DNA from: Promethearchaeum syntrophicum | GTDB taxonomy: Archaea; Asgardarchaeota; Lokiarchaeia; Sigyniarchaeales; Promethearchaeaceae | Direction: 5' to 3' | Length of the DNA: 32,000 bases | Assembly (NCBI RefSeq): GCF_008000775.2 | Contig: NZ_CP042905.2 | Coordinates: forward strand, 2,940,001-2,972,000 | Shown here: positions 1 through 8,515 of the stretch, piece after piece | Layout of the letters: the number at the start of each line of letters is the position of its first letter | How positions within the stretch are numbered: the first letter of the stretch is position 1 | Position numbers and translations under genes: made by a program | The notes under the pieces: model-generated | The model's input: only the letters and a program-made list of their open reading frames with translations | The model's database searches: none | What the model was told of the DNA's origin: nothing

Positions 1-238
1 AACGATACCACGCCTTTTTATATATGAATAGAAAGACGGTTAAAATAAATATCCCTATGATCAAACTTAACGAAAAAAATTGCCAGAAAGTAGTTAAGGG
101 ATAAAAAATGAAGAACGTGATTATAATACCTAAGTTAATTATTTCAAATATTACAATTGAAAGGTGTCTTTTTTTCCAATTCGGGTTCGAGAAATCAAAA
201 TAATTTTGAATATCAGATTGGTTCGGTTTGGTTGTCAT
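1..238 (-). CDS. Small multi-TM membrane protein, C-terminus truncated by window start; paralog of the adjacent 262..741 protein
   Basis: Reverse complement from ATG at 238 reads MTTKPNQSDIQNYFDFSNPNWKKRHLSIVIFEIINLGIIITFFIFYPLTTFWQFFSLSLIIGIFILTVFLFIYKKAWYR, open to the window edge and clearly similar to the N-terminus of the 159-aa ORF. Confidence 0.85.
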   Translation of the reverse strand, partial: MTTKPNQSDIQNYFDFSNPNWKKRHLSIVIFEIINLGIIITFFIFYPLTTFWQFFSLSLIIGIFILTVFLFIYKKAWYR

Positions 239-261
239 TTTCTTTCAAAAATCTTCTCTTA

Positions 262-741
262 TTACAGATTTCTTTTTACGCTAATAAAAGTTCCATACTC
301 TTTTAAATTTCTAGGTTTAGCCTTACGCTGAGAATATTCTATAGAAACGTAATTTAATAAAAAAACGAGATCAAAAATTGCACTTATAATTAACAATCCC
401 AGAAGTAAACGTTCAAAAATAATTCCTTCTGGGGGAAAATCCATTAAAAATGTAACTAATATTGCACACACCATTCCAAAGATAACAAAAATATAGTTTA
501 AATAATGATACCAAGCCCGTTTATATATAAAAAGAATGATGGTTATAATAAATATCCCAAAAAATGCACTCACGGTTGTAATTTTCCAGATATTGGTTAA
601 AGGATTTAGTACAAGAAAAGCGATTATTATTGCTAAGTTAAATACGTCAACTATTAAAAATAAGATATGTCGTTTTTTCCAATTGGGATTTGAGAAATCA
701 AAATAATGCTCAATATGAGATTGGTAAGGTTTGATTGCCAT
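262..741 (-). CDS. Small four-TM-like membrane protein of unknown function
   Basis: 159-aa ORF with several hydrophobic helices; paralogous to the truncated ORF at 1..238. Confidence 0.85.
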   Translation of the reverse strand: MAIKPYQSHIEHYFDFSNPNWKKRHILFLIVDVFNLAIIIAFLVLNPLTNIWKITTVSAFFGIFIITIILFIYKRAWYHYLNYIFVIFGMVCAILVTFLMDFPPEGIIFERLLLGLLIISAIFDLVFLLNYVSIEYSQRKAKPRNLKEYGTFISVKRNL

Positions 742-861
742 TTTCTTTGTGAGTTTAACTTAAATTCCTCAATGTAACAATAAAAAAACAATTATATAAA
801 GATATCTACAATATCTTAAATCGAATTTCAAAAAAACGACTTTTTCATTTCCCAGAATAAC

Positions 862-1920
862 CTACAGCCAATTTAGCACATCTTCTGCAAATCCTAGAAA
901 ATCTTTAATTTCAAGCTGGGTTCCATCATCCAAAACGACATGTCCTGTGAAATACCCAAAAACTTGATGTTGGATTGATTTAAGAATTAGAAAGTTCGTA
1001 TTCCCTTGTCTATCTATAATCGGCTTAAAATCCATTTCAAACCGACCATCATTGCTTGAAAACTTCCAAGGTTTCATGAAATCCGTGGAATCTACATGAA
1101 AAGTAACTTCATCCAATTTATGAGCTTTTCCCTTATAGAATAACATATTTTCAGAAGCAGGTGAGCGATCACTAAATCCATATCCGATATTCCACCCTAT
1201 GGATTCTCCATTGAGATATCCAGAAGCAGACCCCCAATACCACTGATTTTTATAAGTCCAGCGCCCTCTTCCCCAATCTAATACGGCCATACTAGTATCA
1301 GATGAGAAATTATATTCTGTTTCTCCAATAGTGATTAATCCTTCTGTCGGCATGCAATTGACCTTTTGATTATAATAGAATGCTTTTCGGTTTTCTTTCC
1401 AAGAAGTAGCGATAACCATTGTATCCATAGTTGGATCTTGATGAATTGTGAGCGTGCCTTTTAATCCAGTTTCCCCTTTACAATTTTTAAATTTAGGACA
1501 ATCAACAGTGATAACACGTTTAGGACCATCATATTCAAATTTCAATGCAATTTTTTTATCTTTGAATTCAATTATTCCATCTCCAGAATCTGAGGGAAAT
1601 CCTGTTTTTCCCCGAGGTAATATGGACATTGTGTCAAATTGTGTATAAGTTTTAGTCTCAAAATCTAACCAAGCAACTGCCACCAATCCCAAATACCCAA
1701 GATCGCTGATAGTAAATGTGATCCCATATTTTTTTGAAGAATCCAAGATGGCAAAATAATCCCATTCCTTGATCCGGTGCCAACCAGCTTTAATTTTACT
1801 CCTATCATAATGCCACAATAACTTGGTGGCATATCCCGATTCAACTAAATGTCCTTTATCATCTAATAATTCAATTGGTGTTGTAATTTTGTTTTGAATT
1901 CCCATAGGATAAATCATCAA
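862..1920 (-). CDS. DUF2804-like protein
   Basis: 352-aa ORF beginning NKITTPIELLDDKGHLVESGYATKLLWHYDRSKIKAGWHRIKEWDYFAI with central MAVLDWGRGRWTYKNQWYWGSASG, the pattern I associate with the DUF2804 family. The second Met (MGIQNKITTP) is the likely start. Confidence 0.8.
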   Translation of the reverse strand: MMIYPMGIQNKITTPIELLDDKGHLVESGYATKLLWHYDRSKIKAGWHRIKEWDYFAILDSSKKYGITFTISDLGYLGLVAVAWLDFETKTYTQFDTMSILPRGKTGFPSDSGDGIIEFKDKKIALKFEYDGPKRVITVDCPKFKNCKGETGLKGTLTIHQDPTMDTMVIATSWKENRKAFYYNQKVNCMPTEGLITIGETEYNFSSDTSMAVLDWGRGRWTYKNQWYWGSASGYLNGESIGWNIGYGFSDRSPASENMLFYKGKAHKLDEVTFHVDSTDFMKPWKFSSNDGRFEMDFKPIIDRQGNTNFLILKSIQHQVFGYFTGHVVLDDGTQLEIKDFLGFAEDVLNWL

Positions 1921-2066
1921 TTCGCCAAATTTAAGTGTTTTTTTTTAATTCTATAAAATTAAGAAAACGTGGAGTCTCTCACGAAGAGAATGGAAAAGTT
2001 CAAGAAAATTAAAATTATGAGAAATATATACTTATAACAACATTCGAAATTAAAGAGAAGGTCCCA

Positions 2067-3002
2067 ATGAATACAGAAATTGAACATCTATCAAATTCAA
2101 AGCAATTGAAAATTGGAACAATTTTATTAATAATAACAACAATAATCTGGGGATCTACGTTTATAATAACCAATATTCTCACTCAAATCGTTCCTCCAAT
2201 GTTCTATATGGGAGTGCGATACTTGATTGGGTTTATTGCTTTCATGCCATTTTTGGGAAGATTGAAAACATTTACAAAAAAACAGTTTAAGATAGGACTT
2301 ATTGCAGGAACATTATGTTGGGCTTCGTTTACATTCCAAACAATTGGAATTCAATTAACCACAGCCACAAAGTCAGCATTTATTACTGGATTGAATGTTA
2401 TTATGATTCCAATCTTTCTAGCGATTTTTTATAAGAAAAAAGTTTCCAAAAAGATTTGGATTAGTACATTCTTTGCTTTGGTTGGAGTATCGGTTTTATC
2501 ATTTGGAGGGATAGAAAAGCCATCTATTGGAGATCTTTTAGTTTTAATTTGTGATATTTTTTATGCATTATATGTGATCTATTTAGGGATTCATTTAAAA
2601 GAAATAGATACTATTGGGATATCTATAATTATTGTGTTTATCATTGGATTCTTTTCCTTTATATTGTCATTTATTTTTGAAGATATGAATTATATTTTTG
2701 GTGAAGGGGCATCTTCTATCTTTACGTACCAAAATCTGGGAATCATGCTATATATGGGACTAATAGCAACTACTATTTCAAACTTAACTCAAAATTATGG
2801 ACAAACCCACATTGCACCCACAAAAACCGCGATAATCTTCTCTCTTGAACCGCTTTTTGCTACATTCTTTGCAATATTAGGGAAAGAATCATTAAATCTT
2901 CAAATTGTTATTGGAGCGATTTTCATATTTACAGGAATTGTTTTATCTATTGAAAAGAAAACGAATTTAGATATTTTACCATTAAACGATAGTCTTAATT
3001 AA
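2067..3002 (+). CDS. EamA/DMT-superfamily transporter
   Basis: 311-aa ORF with about 10 hydrophobic helices; IIWGSTFIITNILTQIVPPMFYMGVRYLIGFIAF and LEPLFATFFAILGKESL are typical EamA repeats. Confidence 0.9.
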   Translation: MNTEIEHLSNSKQLKIGTILLIITTIIWGSTFIITNILTQIVPPMFYMGVRYLIGFIAFMPFLGRLKTFTKKQFKIGLIAGTLCWASFTFQTIGIQLTTATKSAFITGLNVIMIPIFLAIFYKKKVSKKIWISTFFALVGVSVLSFGGIEKPSIGDLLVLICDIFYALYVIYLGIHLKEIDTIGISIIIVFIIGFFSFILSFIFEDMNYIFGEGASSIFTYQNLGIMLYMGLIATTISNLTQNYGQTHIAPTKTAIIFSLEPLFATFFAILGKESLNLQIVIGAIFIFTGIVLSIEKKTNLDILPLNDSLN

Positions 3003-3036
3003 TTTTAGATACAAAGTCAAAATAGGAGAAAAACGT

Positions 3037-4077
3037 ATGACAAAGGATTATGCAATTATTTACAATCCTGTAGCAGCTGCAGGAAAATTAAAGGATCAAT
3101 TCAATTTTGCTTTAAAAACTCTTGATAAATTGAATGTATCTTATCAAATCTTTAAAACTGAACATTTTCAGCACGCAATTGATCTCTCTCTTGATGCAGC
3201 CAAAGACGGTCTCGATGTCATTGGAGTAGGTGGGGATGGAACCTGTAATGAGGTCTTAAATGGTGTTATTAAATCAAATACAAATATATTACTAGGATTT
3301 ATTCCAATTGGTTCAGGAATGGATATTCCAGGAGCGATTGGTATTAGACCAGACAGTATCAAGCGAGCTTGTGAGATAATTGCGGAAAGAAAAACAGGGA
3401 AAAGTGATATTGGTTTATCAATAAACGCACACAATGACCAAAGATATTTTTTAGGGATTGGATCTCAGGGTTTTGATGCTGAAGTAACTAAAAGAACCAA
3501 TGAATCCCTGAAATCAAGGAAAGGAACACAAAATTATGTGTTAACCGTTCTTAAAACAGTATTTAAATTTAAAAAACGTAAAATTCGTGTCACTTTAGAC
3601 AAAGAAACATGGGAGGGAATGGCAAACTTAGTTGCTGTTGGAAATGGTCCCACATATGGAGGATGGATGTATATGTGTCCAAAAGCCAATGTTCATGATG
3701 GAATGTTCCATATATCAATTATTGATATTGCAAGTCTACCCTTATTAATCAACTTTAATTCAATGTATTCACGCAACTTTCAACCGCACAAGAAAGTTTT
3801 CGAATTTGTAAGTAAAAATGTTAAAATTGAAATGTTAAATAATGAGGACGTACCATATATTGGACAAATAGATGGTGAAATCATTGGAAATCTTCCAATA
3901 ACATATAAAGCCTTACGAGAAGGGTATGAATTTATCCAACCTATGGAAAATGAAGCCGAACAATGGTTTCAAGAGAAACATGGAAAGAAATTTGCCAAAT
4001 ATGTGAATAAATTACGGAAAAAAGGATCATCTTATTATGATGATTTTATGTATCTACCCAAAAATTTAAAAATCTAA
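3037..4077 (+). CDS. Diacylglycerol/sphingosine-type lipid kinase (YegS/DagK-like)
   Basis: 346-aa ORF; YAIIYNPVAAAGK, GVGGDGTCNEVLNG, IPIGSGMDIPGAIGI, IGQIDGE motifs of the DAGK catalytic family. Confidence 0.9.
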   Translation: MTKDYAIIYNPVAAAGKLKDQFNFALKTLDKLNVSYQIFKTEHFQHAIDLSLDAAKDGLDVIGVGGDGTCNEVLNGVIKSNTNILLGFIPIGSGMDIPGAIGIRPDSIKRACEIIAERKTGKSDIGLSINAHNDQRYFLGIGSQGFDAEVTKRTNESLKSRKGTQNYVLTVLKTVFKFKKRKIRVTLDKETWEGMANLVAVGNGPTYGGWMYMCPKANVHDGMFHISIIDIASLPLLINFNSMYSRNFQPHKKVFEFVSKNVKIEMLNNEDVPYIGQIDGEIIGNLPITYKALREGYEFIQPMENEAEQWFQEKHGKKFAKYVNKLRKKGSSYYDDFMYLPKNLKI

Positions 4078-4141
4078 TATATTAGAATTTTTTATTCCTA
4101 AACGTTATTTATTTGAATATAATCCCAATAGGAACCTCACA

Positions 4142-5020
4142 ATGAGCATTCCCGAAAGTATCCTCAAGGTAAAATTACCCGTGCAAAAGCTAAAAATTCA
4201 CCCACGAGCTATGCAGAATTTTGCAGCAGCATTAAATGCCAGAAACCCCCTATACTATGACGATTCACTCCCAGAGGGAATTTTTAATCACCCATGTTTT
4301 CCGATTGTCACTACTTGGCCCCTTTTTGAGCTATTTATGCCTCTCCTCCAAGAAGCGGGATTGAGTTCTCAAGTGATGGGTTCATTAGTGCATTTTTCCG
4401 AACATTTGGAATTACACCGGCCTATGCAACCGAAAAAACGGTTGATATTTTCCAGTAAGATTCGTGGAATTACAAAAAATCCCGCGGGATCTGAAATGCA
4501 TCTTCATGTGCAAGCTAATACCTTGAAAGGAGACCCCGTGTTTGACGAATATGCAAGCGTCTTATTCCGGAAAGCTAATCTTAGCTTCCCTGAACGCCCT
4601 CTCGATATTAAACCGAAATCGCCTCTTTGGAATGACGTTCCAGATATAACTGGCAAAATATCATTAGAATTTTCACCTCTCCTTCCGTTTATTTATGATG
4701 GGTGCACAGATATTGTATTTCCCATTCATACATCCAAAAAATTCGCACAGCAGGTAGGTCTTCCGAATATTATCGTTCAAGGATCGGCAAGTTTTTCAAA
4801 ATGCATTGGTAGTCTTATGGATCACTACAGTGTGACCGATCCTAGGGAAGTTAAAAATCTGGGTGCCAATTTTGGCGCCTATGTTATACCTGGCGAAAAG
4901 TGGATACTGGAATGGAAAAAAGTTAAGAAAATTAGCTCTAATACTCAATGCACTTTCAGACTCGTTAATGAGAAAGGGAAAGAAGCAATTCGGAACGGTT
5001 GGATTACTTTTACCACTTAG
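4142..5020 (+). CDS. MaoC-like double hotdog domain protein (hydratase-like)
   Basis: 292-aa ORF; N-terminal ALNARNPLYYDD...FNHPCFPIVTTWP and C-terminal FPIHTSKKFAQQVGLPNIIVQG resemble the two hotdog halves of 2-enoyl-CoA hydratase 2/MaoC proteins. Confidence 0.72.
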   Translation: MSIPESILKVKLPVQKLKIHPRAMQNFAAALNARNPLYYDDSLPEGIFNHPCFPIVTTWPLFELFMPLLQEAGLSSQVMGSLVHFSEHLELHRPMQPKKRLIFSSKIRGITKNPAGSEMHLHVQANTLKGDPVFDEYASVLFRKANLSFPERPLDIKPKSPLWNDVPDITGKISLEFSPLLPFIYDGCTDIVFPIHTSKKFAQQVGLPNIIVQGSASFSKCIGSLMDHYSVTDPREVKNLGANFGAYVIPGEKWILEWKKVKKISSNTQCTFRLVNEKGKEAIRNGWITFTT

Positions 5021-5051
5021 AGTTAATATATTTTTTATTATTATAGGAGAA

Positions 5052-5705
5052 TTAAAAGGAATTTTCAGAGAGCAATTCTTTAGATTTAATGAATTGTAAT
5101 AATTTTTCCCGTTTTTTTCTTAGGAGATTGAATTCTTGTTCAAATTGAGAAATTTGTTGTATTAAACTTTTAATTTTAGATTTAATCATATTAAAAGAAG
5201 ATTTAGGAGGAGTTTTTTTTAATCTGTATAGATTATTCAATATTTTTTGAAATTTTATTTTCCTTTTAAAAATTATCGCATCAACATATAGAACTTGCTG
5301 ACTTTCTCTCAACGAGAATGATTGAAGCTGATACAATCTTGGTTTTCTATAGAGTTTTGAACTAACATTTATTAATTCACTTTCCAAAGCTTGGTTTAAA
5401 TTTCTAGAGATTGTACTAAGTGAAAATCCAGTAAGACGTGTTAGTAAATCTTGAGTAACTGTTTTACGAAGACCGAAATGGCTGTTTATATGATTAGAAA
5501 TTGGATTGTATTTTGAAAAAAAACTATTTTCGACTAAGTAATTAATGCAATTGAAAATATATCCTTCTAATTCAGTAGGAAAGGCAATAATTTCATCCTT
5601 ATAATTTAATTGTGACACATTTTCTTCAAAAAAAGAATATTTCTTAGTTTTATCTATTGTTCGTCTTTGAACTTCAATATAATTTCGGTAGCTATTTAAT
5701 CTCAT
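5052..5705 (-). CDS. Winged-helix (MarR/GbsR-like) putative transcriptional regulator
   Basis: 217-aa ORF; FGLRKTVTQDLLTRLTGFSLSTISRNLNQALESELINVSSKLYRKPRLYQL is helix-turn-helix-like, followed by a coiled-coil C-terminus. Confidence 0.6.
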   Translation of the reverse strand: MRLNSYRNYIEVQRRTIDKTKKYSFFEENVSQLNYKDEIIAFPTELEGYIFNCINYLVENSFFSKYNPISNHINSHFGLRKTVTQDLLTRLTGFSLSTISRNLNQALESELINVSSKLYRKPRLYQLQSFSLRESQQVLYVDAIIFKRKIKFQKILNNLYRLKKTPPKSSFNMIKSKIKSLIQQISQFEQEFNLLRKKREKLLQFIKSKELLSENSF

Positions 5706-5873
5706 ATGAAGAAAATTGCATAATTTTGGATACTTTTTTTTTTAAAATAAGAATACAGAGGTTACATTAAATTCTATTTTTTTCATCTAATCGCTCATAA
5801 TACGATTTTTCTCTTTTCAAAGGATTTAGCGTCAACCTCCTCTGTTTCTTTTCAGATATCTAATTTACTTTTA

Positions 5874-5893
5874 GGAGTGAAACACTCCGTTTC
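5874..5893. promoter_or_regulatory. Short perfect inverted repeat, possible operator
   Basis: GGAGTG-AAA-CACTCC (5874..5888), overlapping GAAAC-ACTCC-GTTTC (5879..5893), in the intergenic region between divergently transcribed regulator and phosphoesterase genes. Confidence 0.35.
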
Positions 5894-5970
5894 TGGATAG
5901 AAAAAGTATTTAAGCTTTTTTAGTCTTTTTTTGATTAATTTATTAAATTTAAATTGTTAGTGCTGAAATT

Positions 5971-7431
5971 ATGAAAAAAATTGAAGAGTTTAAAGATTTT
6001 TTCGCTGATTTATCGAAAAAACAGAAAATCACTTATATTTCGCTTATTGTAACTGCTTTTATTTTAACAGAATCTATTCTTTTTTGGGCTGTAACTAGTC
6101 CTGCAATGAAGGGATTATTTGAATGGGTTAATTATGTTAGAACCGTAGTTTACTTAATTTGTTTAATAGGTTTGATTTTTCCAGTTATCGCGGGAATTAT
6201 CATATTTATTAACCAAAAAAAGACTCCTTCTAAAAAACCAATAAAATTCTTAATGATTTTAGCAATTTTTAGTCTAATTATTCCGATAGGATTTTACGGT
6301 TACACAATTTCAATCCCGTTTCAACGCGATGGAGATAAACCTCCACAACTCTTATTATTGAATGGTTCTGGTATAAATGGAGTTCCAAATATGGCAGTTA
6401 GTTTTTGGACTGAAGATAGAACAACAAGTACAATAAATTGGGGACCAACTGAATCAATGGGTACTAAATCAAATGAATTGACAAAATCACATACACATTC
6501 TTACCTTTTGGAAGATCTATTACCTAACATAACGTATTTTTATCAAGTTAATAATGTAGGTCAAATTTATAATTTTACCACTATGCCTAATCTTCCAAAT
6601 ACGTTTAAATTTATGACATCATCAGATCCTCATTTTGGTGCGGAAAATGCCAATAGAACAGTAACAGATGAAATTTTAAAACAATTGATAGATCCCTCAA
6701 ATGGATATCAATCGTTCTTTATGTTGGGTGATATGGTAGAGTATGGTCTTTTTGATTCTCAATATAAAGAAGCTTGCGATACTTTTTCACCAGTAACCTC
6801 TCATATACCATTCCGACCTGTAATCGGGAACCATGATATCTTATTAGGGGGGCCCACATTTTGGGAGGATTATTTTTCACCAGATTTAATTGAAGATGCC
6901 CCAAGAGACTATTTCCACATCGAAATTAACGGAATCCAGATTTTCGTTCTTGATCTTGAATGGGGAACTGAATCTTATACAAAAGAACAAAAGACTTGGT
7001 TTGAAACAGAACTTGAAGAAAGTACGGATCCAGATGATTGGATATTAGTGATGAGTCATTGTTTCTACTACGCATCAGGATATTTAGTTGATGGTTCAGA
7101 TTGGTGGGATCACCAAGAAATGATTGATACTTTTGAGCCAATTTTCGTTGATAATGGTATAGATATGGTTTTTAGCGGTCATAATCATATTTTTGAACGA
7201 TTGGAGAATAACGGAGTAAATTACAACATCGTCGGAGGATTTGGAGGCCATCCTGACACAGATTTTGAAAAAGAAGATGATGTAATTGGACAAACAGGAA
7301 CGGGTTCAATTTATTATAGTACAGATATGTTTGGCTTTTTAGAAGTAGACATTCAAGGTGATGATGCATACTTAGCATTTAGAACTCCCGAAAACCAAAC
7401 CGTTTATAATTATACCATTACCAGACTTTAA
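5971..7431 (+). CDS. Membrane-anchored purple acid phosphatase-like metallophosphoesterase
   Basis: 486-aa ORF; about four N-terminal TM helices, a Fn3-like domain (STINWGPTES...LLPNITYFYQV), then TSSDPHFG, LGDMVEYG, VIGNHD, VMSHCFYY, GHNHIFER metallophosphoesterase motifs. Confidence 0.88.
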   Translation: MKKIEEFKDFFADLSKKQKITYISLIVTAFILTESILFWAVTSPAMKGLFEWVNYVRTVVYLICLIGLIFPVIAGIIIFINQKKTPSKKPIKFLMILAIFSLIIPIGFYGYTISIPFQRDGDKPPQLLLLNGSGINGVPNMAVSFWTEDRTTSTINWGPTESMGTKSNELTKSHTHSYLLEDLLPNITYFYQVNNVGQIYNFTTMPNLPNTFKFMTSSDPHFGAENANRTVTDEILKQLIDPSNGYQSFFMLGDMVEYGLFDSQYKEACDTFSPVTSHIPFRPVIGNHDILLGGPTFWEDYFSPDLIEDAPRDYFHIEINGIQIFVLDLEWGTESYTKEQKTWFETELEESTDPDDWILVMSHCFYYASGYLVDGSDWWDHQEMIDTFEPIFVDNGIDMVFSGHNHIFERLENNGVNYNIVGGFGGHPDTDFEKEDDVIGQTGTGSIYYSTDMFGFLEVDIQGDDAYLAFRTPENQTVYNYTITRL

Positions 7432-7514
7432 TTAGTTGGTATTTTGGTTTCAGTTTTTTTATTATATTTTTTATTAAATGAATTTTTAACTTACAATATT
7501 TTAATGGAAAATAG

Positions 7515-8096
7515 GTGGAAAAATTGGTGTTTAGATGCTGGGGAGATAAGGATAAATTAATGAGGGATTACCACGATTTTGAGTGGGGAGTTCCTCTTCA
7601 TGATGATTATAAATTATTTGAATTTTTGGTCTTAGATGGGGCTCAGGCTGGGCTTAGTTGGAGCACAATTCTAAAGAAGCGAGAAAATTATAGAAAGGCG
7701 TTTGATAATTTTGATTTTGAAAAAATTGCAAAATATGGTGATGATAAAATAGAAGAATTATTAAATAATCCAGGAATAATTCGTAATACGCTTAAAGTAA
7801 AGGCTTTTATTACTAATGCGCAAGCTTATATAAAACTAAGAGAAGAATTTGGCTCCTTTGATAAATATATCTGGGATCAGGTTGATAATAAACCAATTCA
7901 AAATAAATTGAAAGGATTTGAAGATATGCCTTCAAAAACCATATTATCAGAAAAAATTACCAAAGATCTAAAGAAGCGTGGCTTTAAATTTGTTGGACCT
8001 ACAATAATCTACGCATTCATGCAAGCAATTGGACTTGTGAATGATCATTTAGAAAAATGTTTTCGATATAACGAAATTAGTAATTTATCTTCATAA
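7515..8096 (+). CDS. tag: DNA-3-methyladenine glycosylase I
   Basis: 193-aa ORF with GTG start; CWGDKDKLMRDYHDFEWGVPLHDDYKLFEFLVLDGAQAGLSWSTILKKRENYRKAF...FVGPTIIYAFMQAIGLVNDHLEKCF is diagnostic for the Tag family. Confidence 0.95.
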   Translation: MEKLVFRCWGDKDKLMRDYHDFEWGVPLHDDYKLFEFLVLDGAQAGLSWSTILKKRENYRKAFDNFDFEKIAKYGDDKIEELLNNPGIIRNTLKVKAFITNAQAYIKLREEFGSFDKYIWDQVDNKPIQNKLKGFEDMPSKTILSEKITKDLKKRGFKFVGPTIIYAFMQAIGLVNDHLEKCFRYNEISNLSS

Positions 8097-8187
8097 ACCA
8101 ATAATCCAAAAATGTTTTCACTAATTATCCTAAAATTCAGAAGAGATAATTTATTTACAAAAGAAAATTTGATATTTTTGAAGAAGA

Positions 8188-8346
8188 ATGCCGGAAATTA
8201 ACATCGATTTTCAAACTTACCTACCGACTATCAATACTTTCAGAAATTACTATGAAATCCTAAGATCCCACGATTATACTTCCGACCAATCCATGAATGC
8301 ATTGCAATCAATTCTGAAATCCAAAAACTTACAACGAGACTCCTAA
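8188..8346 (+). CDS. Candidate small protein (52 aa), not in the ORF track
   Basis: Hand-read ATG...TAA ORF: MPEINIDFQTYLPTINTFRNYYEILRSHDYTSDQSMNALQSILKSKNLQRDS, in a 419-bp intergenic gap and visibly richer in C/G than the flanking sequence. Confidence 0.35.
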   Translation: MPEINIDFQTYLPTINTFRNYYEILRSHDYTSDQSMNALQSILKSKNLQRDS

Positions 8347-8515
8347 TAACTAGCGCTATTTCTGGTATAATTTTTCATTTATCTTTTATATAATTGAAAA
8401 CTACGAAATTTTACATATAAAAGGATTTTTCTTTTATTTCTTCTAATTTAATATCACTTTTGATATGATTTCAGAGAAAAAAAAAATATAATAATCTTGT
8501 TCGACAGAATAAATT

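Noticed and set aside
4863-5099. Plus-strand 78-aa ORF overlapping the end of the hotdog gene and the end of the regulator gene
   Set aside because: Alternative frame over two supported genes with no recognisable features
6719-7378. Minus-strand ORFs opposite the metallophosphoesterase (6719..6904, 6926..7141, 7096..7293, 7172..7378)
   Set aside because: Overlap the conserved catalytic motifs GDMVEYG, GNHD and GHNH on the plus strand; no independent evidence
8351-8358. TAGCGCTA palindrome in the uppP upstream gap
   Set aside because: Only 8 bp, single occurrence noticed; too short to support a regulatory call
8097-8515. Intergenic gap examined for tRNA or structured RNA
   Set aside because: No tRNA T-arm consensus (GGTTCRANNCC) or cloverleaf was visible, and no other gap in the window showed one either
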